Assembly: GCA_002633005.1 (NCBI GenBank) | Contig: NMRA01000091.1 | Coordinates: forward strand, 78,275 to 142,274 | Length of the DNA stretch: 64,000 bases | Origin: Phoronis australis | Taxonomy: Eukaryota; Animalia; Phoronida | Direction: 5' to 3' | In this document: positions 40,474 to 54,130 of the stretch, piece after piece | Position numbering within the stretch: the stretch's first letter is position 1 | Layout: each line of letters starts with the position of its first letter | Notes under the pieces: model-generated | The model's database searches: none | Told to the model about the DNA's origin: nothing | The model's input: the letters and a program-made list of their open reading frames with translations, nothing else | Program-made: the position numbers and the translations under genes

Positions 40474-43395
40474 ATTACGAACTAACACAGCGCTGTAGAC
40501 GCGGAGACCGAGTTCATAAAGGTGTTGTCGTTGCTGGGCGGACATTAATTTAATTTTAACTCTTTTAAAAAAAGTAAAAGACAGGTATTGTGTAAAGGAG
40601 CCTGTACCCTTTGTGCTTTACGTCATTTCATGGGCAGCACACCATAGGGGGCTGGGGAGCTATAACCCCACAACTTTTTTCGCTTCCATTGCCGTATACG
40701 ACTTTTGGACCTCTTTATGCTCACCTTGTGTGCCGTATACGACTGTGTATACTGCTTTTAGATCGATAAGTTCGTGAGTGGAGCACTTTCATTAGTTGTA
40801 TACGACGGTAAGCTAATAAACAGAAATCAGAATGGTAGGATAAGGCTTTTACGCCTTAAAAGGGATATTTAGGTCTGTCGCGTTAACATGACAATGAAAT
40901 GGAGTAATGATTGTTTCGGATTTCGGTCCCCGGTTTAATTTCACTGCTTTTTATTTCCACAAAGGCTTCTGCCAAAACCTTGTCTAGGACAAACCGGTCT
41001 TCTTCCTAAATATTGCAAACTGGTGTCAACTTGAGTTTACGGTAACAAGAATGAACAAGAATGACACGGATGCTTTAGCTGGACTGCAATGAAAGTGAGG
41101 TGGTAAAAGAGTTAACTCGACTGAGAATGTGAACATAAGGCAAAGATTGTATGAATGAATCAGTCCAGTCCCGGTGGATATTGTTTACGTCTAGATTCGT
41201 GTCTCCGTGAATTGTCAGTGACTGTGCATGATTAATCGTTTGATTTCACGGATCTTATCTGAAAAATAAGAAGAGTATTGAGCTGTGTCGAGCGCATATC
41301 ATGTACTCAATCTTCTTGTCAGTTGTGAATAGACACAGTCCTACAATTTGTAATTCACACCAAGTTTCGCAAATTGCACCTCTGAGACTTGACATTGCAC
41401 AGATTCAAACGTACACGCACTCGAATGACAGACATTATCAAATTACACATTACTGGAAAAACATATTTTTGTGGATAAACATTCTATCACACTGTTATCG
41501 GTTGACTTTTCTCAGACATTGTTTTGTTCTTTAAAACGATATATATTTCAAATACAGTAGTTTCAAGATAAACTCTGTCATACTCTGTCAAACTTGAATA
41601 AACATCTTACCAGAATTATTTGCCAGTTTAGTCGAACTTTTGTCGCAAAAACAGCGTTTCTGTCGAGTTGTTGGGAGAGTTTATTGCAATGTTTTGCGCC
41701 TAGTCACTAATTGTATTTTTATGTAATGGATTTGCTCAGTAAGTTGTCACGATTTCGACAGCGTGGGTGGAGCAACACCTTTGGAGATTTTGTCGATATT
41801 TGGCCAGAATTGAAACGGAATCTAGTCGAAAATAAATAGACATATGGTCGCGGTCTGATGCACAGAATAGTTGTCGAGTTTCCACATTGTCCAACTCATT
41901 TTGAAAACTACTGTATGAGCTGATATGCTTAAGCAACCATTGCCAGACACCATTATGAGGATCTGTAAAACAAATAAATTAATGCTGTTATAATTTTTCT
42001 CATAGAGTACGTACAGGAAGATGATCACTGTTGATCTCTCTGATAGCATACTTTTTGTCTGTACTGGAAATTGAATGTTGCGCAATATCAAGTTTTAAGG
42101 GAATAAAAATCAATACTTTTAAATACACGTCGCCACAAAAAATGCAGGAATCACGTCAAAGTTTCACGCTATTAGAGAGCCTTGGCTACGCGTTAAACGC
42201 GAACGCCTGAGTAACTAGACGTCACGGTTTAACATTCGTGTATGCGTCGTGTTCCATTTCTTTGACTACACTCACTTCCAGTTAAGTGGTGGCACTGAAC
42301 AGTTTGGCGGTCTTGGAAGATGACTTCGAGTAACTGGACTTGGTCATGTGAATGATAAACCACGAAACGCAATCAACTAAACATTTGAACAGTGTTGACA
42401 TATATGACAGACGGGCAAGTAAAAGTTTTGTTTCGGGATGTTAATCTCCGTGTACTGTATGTACAATTTCGTAGTGGTGTTTATGATAGATCAAAATGTT
42501 TTTCTTCTGCGCCAGAAGAACCGGGGTGTAGGTGCTGGAAATAGATGGCAACCAGTTGGGGCGGTGGCGAATAAGATGGCAATCGGCGGGAGAGGTTAAA
42601 GCTACGACCGAGGTTACATCATAATACTCCACACCCCTTTGAAAACCACCAATTTATCACGTATAGAAGTTTCAAGATGTCATTTTTCTGATTCCAAGAA
42701 TCATTTTCGGCAACAATGCAGACAAAAATGTCTTAAATTCACAAACACTCACTTGATGTTTGCGTTGAACATTTCTGATCAAAGCATTTGCCTCATTTGC
42801 TTTCATTAAATAGTACCGAAATTGTGATGTCATTTTGGAACGAATCATGACCATACTTTTCCTGTATCACCCATCACCACCTGAGAAAAATCAGCAACGC
42901 CACGAGGGCCTGCTCAGCATAAGTGTCGCATATGAAACCTTCAACCGAGAAACACACATGAACTAAGCTACGTTATCTCCTGAATGGTTGAATCTTCTAA
43001 AACATTAATAAGTTGCATCAATTCAACGATCTTTTACGATAAAACGGCCATTAAAACCTACGCTGTGCACTAACTTACGCGAGATCAGCTGCCCCCCCCC
43101 CCCCACGTTGTTACCGCTGTGACTGCACTGAACTTGAAAATGGTCATCTATGTGACGTAGTAAACAAAGAATGCCGACGCACACGTTCGCGTTCGAGTTT
43201 AATGAGCAGCCGAAGGTCTCTATCATTCCGGTAAAAATGCCGTATTTTGTACCCAACTGCACTAGATGTTATGCAAGCATTTTATTCATAATGATTGTAA
43301 TCAACCTTTAAAATAAACTCATGGCTAAGGGCCTGGAGAGATGAATTTGGAGAACTTTCGATTACGTCTTTACAAAGGAGCAACTTCGACGTTAA

Positions 43396-44005
43396 AGGCG
43401 CTTAGAACGAGAAAGCTCGTCAAAACATCTTGCAACGTCTACTACAGAGTTATTCACTTTTTCGGTGACAGAATTTCCAGAAAGAATCACAAATTCATCA
43501 TTTTTAAAATACGCGCGAAGGAAAAACTCTGTAGTCACCACAGATTGTATTAATCTTCCCCACTTAGATAAATGTGCGCATGCCCTCGCAGTCATTCGAC
43601 AAACAACTGACTGACGGGATTGATGTATATCGGCAGATTGCCATGAATGATCGCACTCCGAATCTGAGGTCGACAGCACAGCATGAGGCGAGCCAGTGAA
43701 GCAAGCAATTTTCCAAGATAATCCCAAGTGCGTTTTAGAATATATTTGAATACTACAATTTATCATCAAGTGCTGTCTTTGCAATTTACTGCATTTTATT
43801 CTCGTGTCTCTATAACGCGCTATGTAAAACTGGGCTTGCTTGCTCTGTCTGGTTATCCAGTTGAGCACGCGCTGGGCGTGCTCAACTCGAATCTCTGGAC
43901 TCTTGTAAACATTCTGCCCATGTTTGTCGCTTTGAACTCTTTAGTTTAAGAGTTATGCATTTCAATTCCATGTAAAGAGATCAACAATAGAGTCTGTAAG
44001 CTCCT
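43396..44005. mobile_element. Non-autonomous Kolobok-like element (TTAA TSD)
   Basis: TTAA|AGGCGCTTA...TAAGCTCCT|TTAA. Its first roughly 200 bp match 63590-63814 in inverted orientation. Confidence 0.75.
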
Positions 44006-45634
44006 TTAAAAGAATACTGGCCAAATAAACATCGACTTTATGGATGAAGACACCGCTTCGTATCTCTTTTGCTTTAGCACTTATACATTAAAATACGTTT
44101 CTTTAAGAATAATTTCCAAGATTGCTAAATCAATTCTCTTTCAGAGATAATGATGATTTCTCTGCCCGTTGCGCTGACGACAGTCCCAGATGTTCTTACA
44201 GTTGCGACCTTTTTAATTTTATTGGCTGCAAGTCAATTAAGCACGCTGTTGTGTATGCAAACTAGATAAAATTTATTTCACTCAAATCAACGACTTTGCA
44301 AATTCCTTTAAGATTTTTATCGATGGTTTCACCAAGCTTTGCTTGTTTACGATTCGGCATAATCGTAAGTAAGTTGCAGAACTAGATTGATTGATTGACT
44401 GGGTGACTGATTGATTGGTGATACAAAAAAGATATAGGAAATGTATAGAATGCTTGTAAATCAGTGACATGCATATATATATATATATATACTATCGATT
44501 GACATATCGGTCTTGTTATTGTAAACAAGACCTCTACAATAGAAATTAATAAGCGTTGCTTGCATTAGCTCTTTTTGTAGTTTCTCGTAATTTTTTGTTT
44601 TGTCAAAACACTACAAAAATGACCGAGTATCCACAGCATACCCTTAGGCAATATTATCACTCGATCGCTCTCAGGCTTTGCTAATTAATTGTTTGTCTTT
44701 TGAAGCATGGCTTTTGATCAACGCTCTTCTTCAGCTGTTTGGTTTCAATTAAAGGAATGCTCACAACGCGTGCTAACAAGCTCATGAAGAATACTATGGA
44801 ATTGGATTCAGTAGCTTAAACTGGCACTATATCAAGAAAAATCACATCAATCTGTTAAAGCTGCCGCTGTTTAGTTGGCAAGAATACGAAAATCGAATTA
44901 GGCCTTTTAGAATCATGGAATTCACTACTTGAATAAATTCGCCATTATTCTTGAAAACGAGGCATCGTGTCCTAACATGGTCCTGCATGTGTGGAACACG
45001 CCCACTTTCCTGTTTGCATTGTTAAAATTGAAGCTAAAACGAGGCGTTGTGTCCGAAACAGCAATGCGCAACAATCATTTTTGCAGCGCCACCAACGTGT
45101 GCAAGTAGGTCTCATAATATTCCTTACCACGATGGGATTTTATTTCCGATACCCACCCAATTGTCACTTACCGGCGTTGGGATTGGCTATTGGGCACAGT
45201 TACACTGTATCCGAACGGAATAAGCTAGGAAATAAGCTTACTCGGCCCAGCTGGCATTTTCGGAATTTACGAACTTTCCTATTTTTCCGGTTTGAGGAAT
45301 TGTTATTTTCAATAATTTCCTTTTTGATGGAAATCGACTAAAAGTACTTTGTAACTAAATGTCTCGAATCGACCAGAAATTTGTTAGAAAGGTAATGTTC
45401 CTTCTTGTTGATTACTTATACAGCTGATAGAGAGCGCTTTTGTGAACCTTCGTTTTATGGCTGATCGGACTCGTAAAAAATGCGCGTCTGAATTTTGTAA
45501 GCAGAATAAACCAAGTTATGCTCATCTCATGGTCTTGAGATTAGGAGGACAAGCTGCCGTGTTCGAGCCTAAGTTGACGTGTGGCAGGTATATCTGATAA
45601 CATTGGGGATCGTGAAATATTTCCACATTTATAG

Positions 45635-46051
45635 GGAGAGGACTGTGAGTCACTAGGTTTGTGCAGTAATTATACCTTAATGAATTTTAATATTAAAAAG
45701 GTACTCATTGACGTGTTGATTGGAGGAACATGTCCCGGTTGGCACAAACGAGCCCTAAAACTGTTATGCGTCAGCGGGTGCAGCGACAGTGCTTGGAATG
45801 ATACTCCATGCTCTCCACTCAGGCAACACTTCATTTGTTGCAGATGGGAGATTACAAATCCTTTTGTTAGCAAAGCGTGGTGCCATAACTCTGTGTTGCA
45901 ACCTGAGTACACGTGCAAAGGGGTTAACCTGGGGTACATGTCTGATTGTGATGCTACACCACTAACACTTCCTTTCCTAATGACCAAGTCGACTGGAAAG
46001 CACCGGTTACTGCAAATCGCTAAACAAAACTCTTTTTGGTCACTAGTTTAA
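45635..46051 (+). pseudogene. Possible C-type lectin-like domain exon or relic
   Basis: The frame opens directly after an acceptor-like tttccacatttatag| and contains CPGW and CV-x7-WND-x2-C-x6-FIC (CVSGCSDSAWNDTPCSPLRQHFICC). The rest of the fold, including the WIGL motif, is not evident. Confidence 0.3.
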
Positions 46052-46575
46052 CTAGTTACGGCAAAAACAATACATTTGATTTTGAAAAATACGTAAAAGC
46101 CACATGATCCAACACATCTTTCAGCAAGTCGAACTCATAGTCGGCGTAAAACAAGAAACTCAGATTAATTACTTTCAATTGACATACGATCCCTAAGGGA
46201 ATTTATATAAACCCAAGATCCTACAAAGCGACCACAGTCTACGTTCGTGTATTAATGTACTGAATTAATTCATTGACATTTTAAAATCATTTTAATATAA
46301 ACAGCTTTACCTTTCCCATCCGTCCTCCTTAATTGTGGTGTCAGTGGTTTACGCAGTGATTAGCTCCTAAAGATTTCAGTAAAATCATCCCCCACCAGAA
46401 GATTTTTGGAAAGCAGATTTGGTATTACTTCAACACACCGTTATAAAGGTTAATAGGTTACTTCAGGTTGAAAACACACACGTGGTACAGTTGTATGGTG
46501 ATATGTTCTTCAAATTTCGACTTCGAATTATTTGCATATGCCACTAGCTATGGGAACGTTGGGATGAAGAGTGAA

Positions 46576-46679
46576 ACTTACATGTGTGCGGGTGCGATAC
46601 TTACATGTGTGCGGATGCGATCAATGAGATATATAACTTACATGTGTGCGCGTGCGATACATGTGTGCGCGTGCGATAC
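46576..46679. repeat. Minisatellite, about 23-bp unit ACTTACATGTGTGCG(G/C)GTGCGAT, about 4 copies
   Basis: Directly visible. Confidence 0.85.
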
Positions 46680-47904
46680 CCTCTTCAGTCCTATGTAAGT
46701 GCTGATTTTTAGTCTTACACTCAATATATACATGTAAACGATTTATTGCGTTGTAACGATCGAGGACAACTAACAAGGTAACTGAGGCTGGATAATCAAG
46801 GGCACAAATTGGTCAACTCAACTAATTTAAGTCAAGCTACATTTCACCTCTGTTCAAGAATATAACGTGAATTTTTAACCGAACCGCGCTTTGACTTTAA
46901 AATATCGTCGTGATCATCATCAGCTCTTGAATTGTTGTTGAATGAGCTGGCAATCCAAGTCACAGACGATGCGTATACATGTAGGCCTACATGTGCAAAG
47001 ACAAATTCACGAAGTTAAGGTTAGTCAGCGTCTTCTTGATTCGCTGATGGTTCACCGAAGCTCTTGTTGGTAAGGCAGACACTGCAGTACGACGTTTCTG
47101 CTCATGTTAAATGATTTTTTCCGACCATACTAGGTTCTTTTCTCGTAACCGAGATCCCAGCTGTCTCCAAAATGCTGTAAAATCCCCATTTAGAGTTTTA
47201 AGACTAACATTATTCTTGAAACCGTATGTTACATACGGCCTCGTGTAGTTTTTTCAAATTCACAACAGGTGGCGAAAGTATAGTTTGTATGATCATCTGT
47301 GTCAAAACCCAACACCTGCATAATTCCTGTCCAAGTTAAGAGCGAAGACCATAAACTTACTTTGTGTTCATGAAAGGGCGTTTTCTGAATTTTCGTCTTC
47401 GGCCTTAACTTAGCCCAAATTTCGGTCTTACTTGGACAAAATTTTTGGGACCTTGTTGAGCGGGAGCGTCAATTCAAAGTCAATTATCAGATAAACTAGA
47501 CTGTGTCATCTAGCAAAACTATACATTTTCTGAAAGACAAAACAGCATGAATTATAAAAATACACTTGATATTTACGAATCATTGTTATTATAACGTGAC
47601 CATCTTGTTAAGTCATAATTTGATTTTTAACAAAAGTACATTTATACCACAAGGACCCCTTAGTGAGACCTTTTTAAATGAAGACTTAGCGATATTTCTA
47701 AAAACGCTGGTCAGGAATTTTCATTTACTCATTTAGTTTTGTTTCTACGCCAAATTAACACGCAAAACGTAAGACATTTTTGTAAGATGTTCAGGGGATC
47801 TCAATTTTGTTTAACGTGCAATTCGAGTGTGATGTGTGTTTGGCACTTGATTTTACACACTGTGCGGACTTCCAATACTGTTTAAGGGTTGGTTTACCGA
47901 CTAC

Positions 47905-48068
47905 ATCTTTCTATGCTGTGTAGACCACGTTGACTCAGTATTATGCCGACTTGGTGAATGAAAGAACTGTGAATTGCTGGCACATGTGGAACTGCGCATG
48001 CCTAGCGAGAGATTCGATCTGAGTGACTGCTCCGTGCTCCGTAGTAAACAAATTTCCACGCGGTTGGG
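47905..48068 (-). repeat. Old dispersed repeat fragment (homolog of 36600-36772)
   Basis: Same shared blocks as 36600-36772, on the opposite strand. Confidence 0.75.
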
Positions 48069-48546
48069 ATGTGTCCGGGAAATCGTTTTTTTACCATAAA
48101 CAGGCAAGGTGTTGATTTTAAAGTTAATTAGGAATGAAGATAAAAGATTTATCCTAATAGGCATTCAAAAATATTTCAAAGTAAGGTTCTACATATCCTG
48201 AAGACTTTTAAGTCTTAAAAGGCCAAATATGACTTAATTGTCATGAAACGGCCTTTTCTGAATTCTCGTCGTTGGTTTTAACTTGGCCCGATTATTGGTC
48301 TTAACTTATGTAAACTTTTGCTCTTAAGTCTTAGGTCACTTTTCCTGAAACGGGTGTGACTATCCTACAGAATTTACAGTATACTTGTCTATGTATTACA
48401 CAGCTAATAGGGTGTTTAGACTTTGATCAAATTGAATAAGTCCTTAACCATTAAACAAATAACTAACAAAGTATTTACAGCACTGGACTTTCGAAAGTTA
48501 AAAAAAGGAAACCGGTTGCGTCTTCGTGGCTAAGAACGACGTTATT

Positions 48547-48788
48547 ATGGGCCCCGGAAAGGGAAAAATAGTGAATAGAAAAATCAAACCGGGCACTTAG
48601 TAGCTAGTTCCGTCCCTTGTCTTCCGGCAGGTTTGATTTTCCAAACAGGTTTGATTTTTAAGAGTTATTTTTGATTTTCCAAACACGATTGATTTTTACG
48701 AGTTAGGGTTGACTTTGGAAACAGGATTGATTTTTGCGAATTAGGTTTGATTTTTCTATTAACTATTTTTGCCCTTCCCGCGGCCCAT
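48547..48788. mobile_element. MITE with about 44-bp TIRs and internal GTTTGATTTT sub-repeats
   Basis: ATGGGCCCCGGAAAGGGAAAAATAGTGAATAGAAAAATCAAACC ... GGTTTGATTTTTCTATTAACTATTTTTGCCCTTCCCGCGGCCCAT. Confidence 0.85.
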
Positions 48789-51700
48789 GCGCAATGGTGC
48801 TTCCCACCAAGCGTCAAAAGAGTGAGTTTTGTACCATGGCGGACTCATAGGCATAGATATCCATCCCTGAAAGACTAGAGCTCTAACCAGCGGTGTAACT
48901 AAAGCTCTTGAAACCTGGTAAATAATGCTAGACCTCCCAACAAGGGCACAGATTCGTTTCACTTCGACGATGGATTAGTACCGGAGCATTATTCTTCATA
49001 AGCTTAGTCTCCGCGTATACTGCACCTGGTGTTTGTCGTGAAATTATAGCAGTGATGAAACTTTATCCTATAGATTGCTCACTTGTCTTCGCAGAATACT
49101 TCTTCTAGGATACTTAGAACAATTCATTACGTACAGAATAACAACAAAATGACAATCAGACCCTGTGTTATATATTCTTTACAGCGTTTTTAACTGCAAA
49201 AGTATACGACACCTGTCAGGGCAGTCAGCTCACGTGACTTTCCAAATAAGGAAGCTAGTACAGTCAGGAACTTGATTTTGTGTGCACAAGGATGTGTGTG
49301 TCAATATTCCAGTCAACTTGTTATTGTCACGCGTCATTTTGGGCCCACTGGCAGGGTTTAAACTCCGAACTCAAACTAGACTAAGACTCAGACTTGAAAC
49401 CATAGTTAATCAATTACGTTGGAAGTTCAAATTTGTAAGCTTATTGGAAGCGTTCCATGCATGCAATTGGTCAATATTCGAGCCTAGTTTCGAGTGTCAG
49501 AAATAGAACTCCACGCAAAGGTTTAGAAATGCTTTCCGCTATTCCGTAACATTTACTGGCATTTTCCGCATGTTTCATCGACAAAGCAAACTTCTAAAAC
49601 TTCTTCAAAAGAAGGTGCACACAGTTGTGACTAATTGGACCCTACTTGAGTCTCTAACTCGATATTTTGTGGAGTTTTAGTAAATCTCTATGTTAAGAGG
49701 CACACCTACACTAAAGTTAAAAAGGTAATTCACGTTTCTAATTTAAATTATTATGAAAAGCCAATGTGCTTGGTATTTCAAACGAGTGAAATAAAATCAA
49801 CCCTTCTCCACAGTCACTGGAAAATACATGCATGCAGTGTCTCAAGGGGGTCTGAATTTCCTGGTAAATTTCAACTGCCCACTCGCTTGTAGTAAAGATT
49901 TAAAGTTGCAGAATCGTTCTTTTGACATCTTTGATTAGTTTTGAATTGCTTGGAATTGCAAAAAGATAGTAGTACACCAGGTTTCATAAAGTTTTGATTT
50001 TTTCAACAAATACTTCGGTCTATTTTTTAAAATAAACTTTCACAAAAGTAACCCGGTCCTACAGCAACAGCTAATACACCTGCCCACTGTATGGATTTGA
50101 GCATGCTCAGAGTGTGTGCCTCCGCGTTTGTATAGACCTATGCACGCGCCAAAATACGGAGGCCGCCACGTGACCAAGCGACGTAAAGGTGCGGAAGCTA
50201 GTGCAGTTCACCAGCGATAACGTAGAGTTGAAACATATTTAAACTTTGTATCATGGTGGAGTCGCAGTCTCATTACCAACGTCACCGGCTATAAGTTAGT
50301 ATTTTGTAATATTGCAGGGCTCTGTTTACAAAACTAACTCAAACAGATAAGATTTTGCCTGCTTCAGACTTGTGACTCGGGAGACTAGCAGAGCGCCTAC
50401 AGCAGGCAATGTAATGCAAATAATTTACATGCCTGTTTGATTTTCCAACAATACACTTGAATATAAGTACCTTCACTGGTTATTTATATTCCCGTCATAT
50501 TCCCGACTCCCAAAGCATGAACAAATTTCACAGTGGTGAGAAAAGGAAACTACATATGTCTCTACTGCTATTCTTGAATGATAGCAATAGATAGCGATGA
50601 CGTGTACTGTATAATTTTTTAATTTTTTTCTGCGCGATGTCTAAATATTCAAACTTAACACAAAAAAACCGACGTCATGATGATGACACCTTTTAAAACT
50701 TTATCTGTTCCCAAATTTCAAAACTTTTATTTTTCTTTTAATAATACTTAGTCGTGGGAAGGTATCGCACCCGGTCGCCACCTCGGTACGATATCAACTC
50801 GCTGACTTAAAACTCCACTTTCATATCAAAATAATTCATGTAAATCGATATTAATAAGCGATTTGAGCCATCTTTTTATTGTTAGAAGTGTAGGCATTAT
50901 TCATATATTTTGTAGTTTGCGGATGTTCACTGCAAATTGATTGTTCCACGCATACATGTTCTTCTGGTTACTGCGACAGCCCACTACGACACATTAACTT
51001 CTACCACTTTTTAGTACGTTATAGTTTTTCAGTTCTTTTCACTCTTTCAAAACTCATAGCACACCTCTGGGTAGAGTTCAGTAACCATAAGACCAACGCT
51101 AGGACCTCGCTAAATTCTTGCCAAAATCACTTGTTCTTATTTAAAGCACACGACAATATCCCTCGTAATCTCGCGAAGTATTGCTTTATTGGGAGCTTCT
51201 AGCGTTACTGAACTTCACCCTGTTTTCAGCACCTTAATGGCGAACGATAGTAACGACAACGTTGGTCCAGGGTAGCTATAGAATTAGGTAGAATAAACAA
51301 GTCGATTTTTACATTGCGCCGTATGGGGATCCGACACTTAAACGCAAATTTCCCCTAAAATAGTGTCTAAATGGCGAAAACAGCACTTTTGATAATAAAA
51401 TTATGGACATAGAAGTGTGCAGGTTGCTGATAAGCCCGTATCTCGGCTTGACGATACCAGTTGTGATCGGCCACAGCAACAAATTGCAACCGTAACGGAA
51501 TTAAAGATTTAATTGAATACTACGGTTGTTCTAACTTGTCTCACGCTATAAATACTGGCCATGGGGTGGAGTTTATGAATACGTCACTTGCTCATGCTCT
51601 TGTAAATTAACGGACTAAAACTAAAATCGTCGACTTTTTAATGCGCTGCAAAATAGAGAACAGGGGGAATCGTGTTTAGCAACATTTTGAAAATCTAGCT

Positions 51701-52509
51701 CTTACCTACCACCTACTTACGTGGGAAACGCACGTGAGTTGTTTTTTAATCTATCTAATTACATATTCAAGGTGATGGACGAGACCTTGGATTAGGCTAA
51801 GCGTTGGCTAACCTTGAGCTCGCGTATAAAAATTCGTCAAAAGAGAGCCATTTGACCTATATCAGGAAGAGATAACCAGGAAGGGACAACTGTTTTAGGC
51901 ATTTTAACGTGATTTCAAACGTGATTTTAAAAGTAAATGTTCAAGTTATATGGAATCCAAGCATTAGTTTTGAAAGATTAACTCTTTTAGCTATAAAATC
52001 ACACCGCTTTGGTCCTCAAAGACTGCATATTACTGGCACTGGGATGCTTTGAACGTGACATGCTTTACCCTTACAAAAGATGCCTCTTCCCAGGCATGTA
52101 CTCGGGCATGAGCCTCTTTTTTGAACCAACAGATGTCACTTATATATGCAAATGAGGCTCGCATCTCCTACGTCATATGACGTCATACGATGTCATACGA
52201 CGCAAACTTCCAATTTGAACCCTCCGGTGCCTATAGCGAATGACTTGAAACGCAGTTCTACCTGATTGGGCAGATCTAAGAAAATTAAGAACTCACACAA
52301 GTCAATTTTCAAAGAACATTGAATGGTTTCACATGAAAATGCATTTAATTGTATTTGGATACGCTTGCATATGTGTAAGCGTGGACTTTGTCATTTTGTT
52401 TAAATCCAGATTTAGAAGCAGGTGTTAGACAAGAAATTAGCTGCTCCCGCCACGGCCGGGTGGCAGGTGTCGTGGCGTCCGAGTCGCCGGGAAGTCCGAT
52501 CCATGCATA

Positions 52510-52663
52510 CGCAATTCACGAACTAATGCTAGTCGCTGGTCAGCTCCGCTATGATTCATGCGCAATTCGAAGAACTAATGCTAGTCGCTGGTCAGCTCCG
52601 CTATGATTCATGCGCAATTCGAAGAACTAATGCTAGTCGCTGGTCAGCTCCGCTATGATTCAT
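52510..52663. repeat. Tandem repeat, 3 copies of about 52 bp
   Basis: Unit CGCAATTCGAAGAACTAATGCTAGTCGCTGGTCAGCTCCGCTATGATTCATG, head-to-tail with no spacers. Confidence 0.95.
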
Positions 52664-53724
52664 TTGAGACGTGCGGCTTAGCTCGAACCTAGGCGTGTTC
52701 TGGCTCCAAGGTCGTCTGTTTGACCCAGTTTCGGGAAAAGTTTATTTTAACACGGTCATTTCCTGAAGATGTTTTTGAAAGATAGGATCCCAAAATCCTT
52801 GGCCTATAGAACTGTTGAAACACATCCACTGGTCCAGCTTCTGCCGCCGGGCGGCTGGGGAAAACGCTATGGAACGCGTGTCCCAAAAACGCACACACTT
52901 CAACTCCTGCAGTTCAAGTTCTTTTCCCGTCAATCGCTGTGCGCGGATTCTACGCGGGCAGCCAACACCTTATTTTTAACGTGGGTGCGTCACTGAGTCA
53001 CGACGTGTCCAGCCTTTGCAGTATGCACGGGAATGTCAAGCAAACGATTCGGTTTTAAGGACCTAAATTCATTGCACAATATTACTAGGAACGTACGAGC
53101 ATCAAGGAAATGCAAAGACAATCTTTCCAAATTTACGAGCAATGACTTGAATTTCTTTTTTGATCCGATCTACGGTTTGTAAATTTCTTTAGTCTAGTTA
53201 TTTTTAAAATTCAATACATTCATGAATATCACTTTTATCGTTTAGAGTCCTTCTTTGCGATATGGTGGTCTGATGATGGTTCGAATTTTTGCAAGTCCGT
53301 CCTTCAGCCTTCAACTAAGTTCAGTGACGCATCGCCATTTCTTACAAGACAGCTCCTGTGCTGTGCACGAATGTTTTGTGTTTTTGATTAATTTGAAATC
53401 TCAACTTCCCCTCGTGAGTAGTTGGCAGTGTCATGTCGGAGGTGTATAGAGGGCGCAGCACTGAAAAAAGTGGGGGCTAAAGCCCCCTCAGCCCCCCTGC
53501 AGTGCACCGCCTATGGACCACTGAAAAACTTGAACTGAATAAAAGGAGAATGCCACCCGATTTAATTAGTCTTTTTTGCCTTATTAATTTGTCTATATCC
53601 ACATCGCCTCGCACACGGTCGACCTTATCTTGCCAAGAGGTGTCTCGTTAACCTGTGAGGAAGGTGAGAAACGGCGCTAGCGACGTCAGTGGTTCATCTG
53701 CACTAAATGAGAGTGAATGCCGCT

Positions 53725-53884
53725 ATGCTGCGGTGCATCGTTACCGCTTGTGCGAGCTATGCAGGTGCGAGGAAAGCGGGAATATCGTTTTTTCGACTTC
53801 AGTCCTTGAGAGTCCGAAATGTTTAGGAAGTGGATCGCAGTAGCGAAGAATGAAAAGTACGCTGTAAATAGCAAGTATGAGGTC
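53725..53884 (+). pseudogene. Truncated THAP zinc-finger (transposase N-terminus) relic
   Basis: MLRCIVTACASYAGARKAGISFFRL/SP*ESEMFRKWIAVAKNEKYAVNSKYEV with one frameshift and one stop. It has the THAP C-x4-C, FFRL(P) and W, and is cut just before the C-x2-HF. Confidence 0.7.
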
Positions 53885-54130
53885 GTGGAACATCTCCTTG
53901 TCTGTGGCCTGCAGTGGTCGACAGCTGCGTGAGTGCCTGACGAATCCCAGCTTGCCAAATAACTATCCCTACGTTCCGTTGTCTGAGCTTGTTCACGGCG
54001 CCTCTTTAGTATTTCTTCATCACTGTATTCCTGTTCGAACTGATAGCCTGTGAAACCTAACGATCCACCTGCGAAGTCTTCGTCGGGACTGATGAGCTCT
54101 CGTCTAAGTCGCGGGGGATTGCGAGTTGCC
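53885..54130 (-). pseudogene. Truncated KolX / P2X7-C-terminal-domain-like protein relic (Kolobok second gene)
   Basis: GFTGYQFEQEYSDEEILKRRREQ...HCRPQT resembles the N-terminal (P)YxFEP acidic region and first Cys cluster of KolX/P2RX7-ballast-like proteins. It is convergent with the THAP relic. Confidence 0.6.

Noticed and set aside
43392-43868. 158-aa minus-strand ORF, initially a candidate exon
   Set aside because: It lies within a TTAA-flanked element whose end is repeated at 63590-63814.
52510-52663. CRISPR-like appearance of repeated units
   Set aside because: The units are contiguous with no unique spacers, there are no cas genes, and the context is eukaryotic. The same applies to 46576-46679 and 27589-28122.
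52742-52854. Acceptor plus open frame (AARRQKLDQW...) as another minus-strand exon candidate
   Set aside because: It lies inside the 5.9-kb transposon and several frames are open; it shows how easily such candidates arise by chance.
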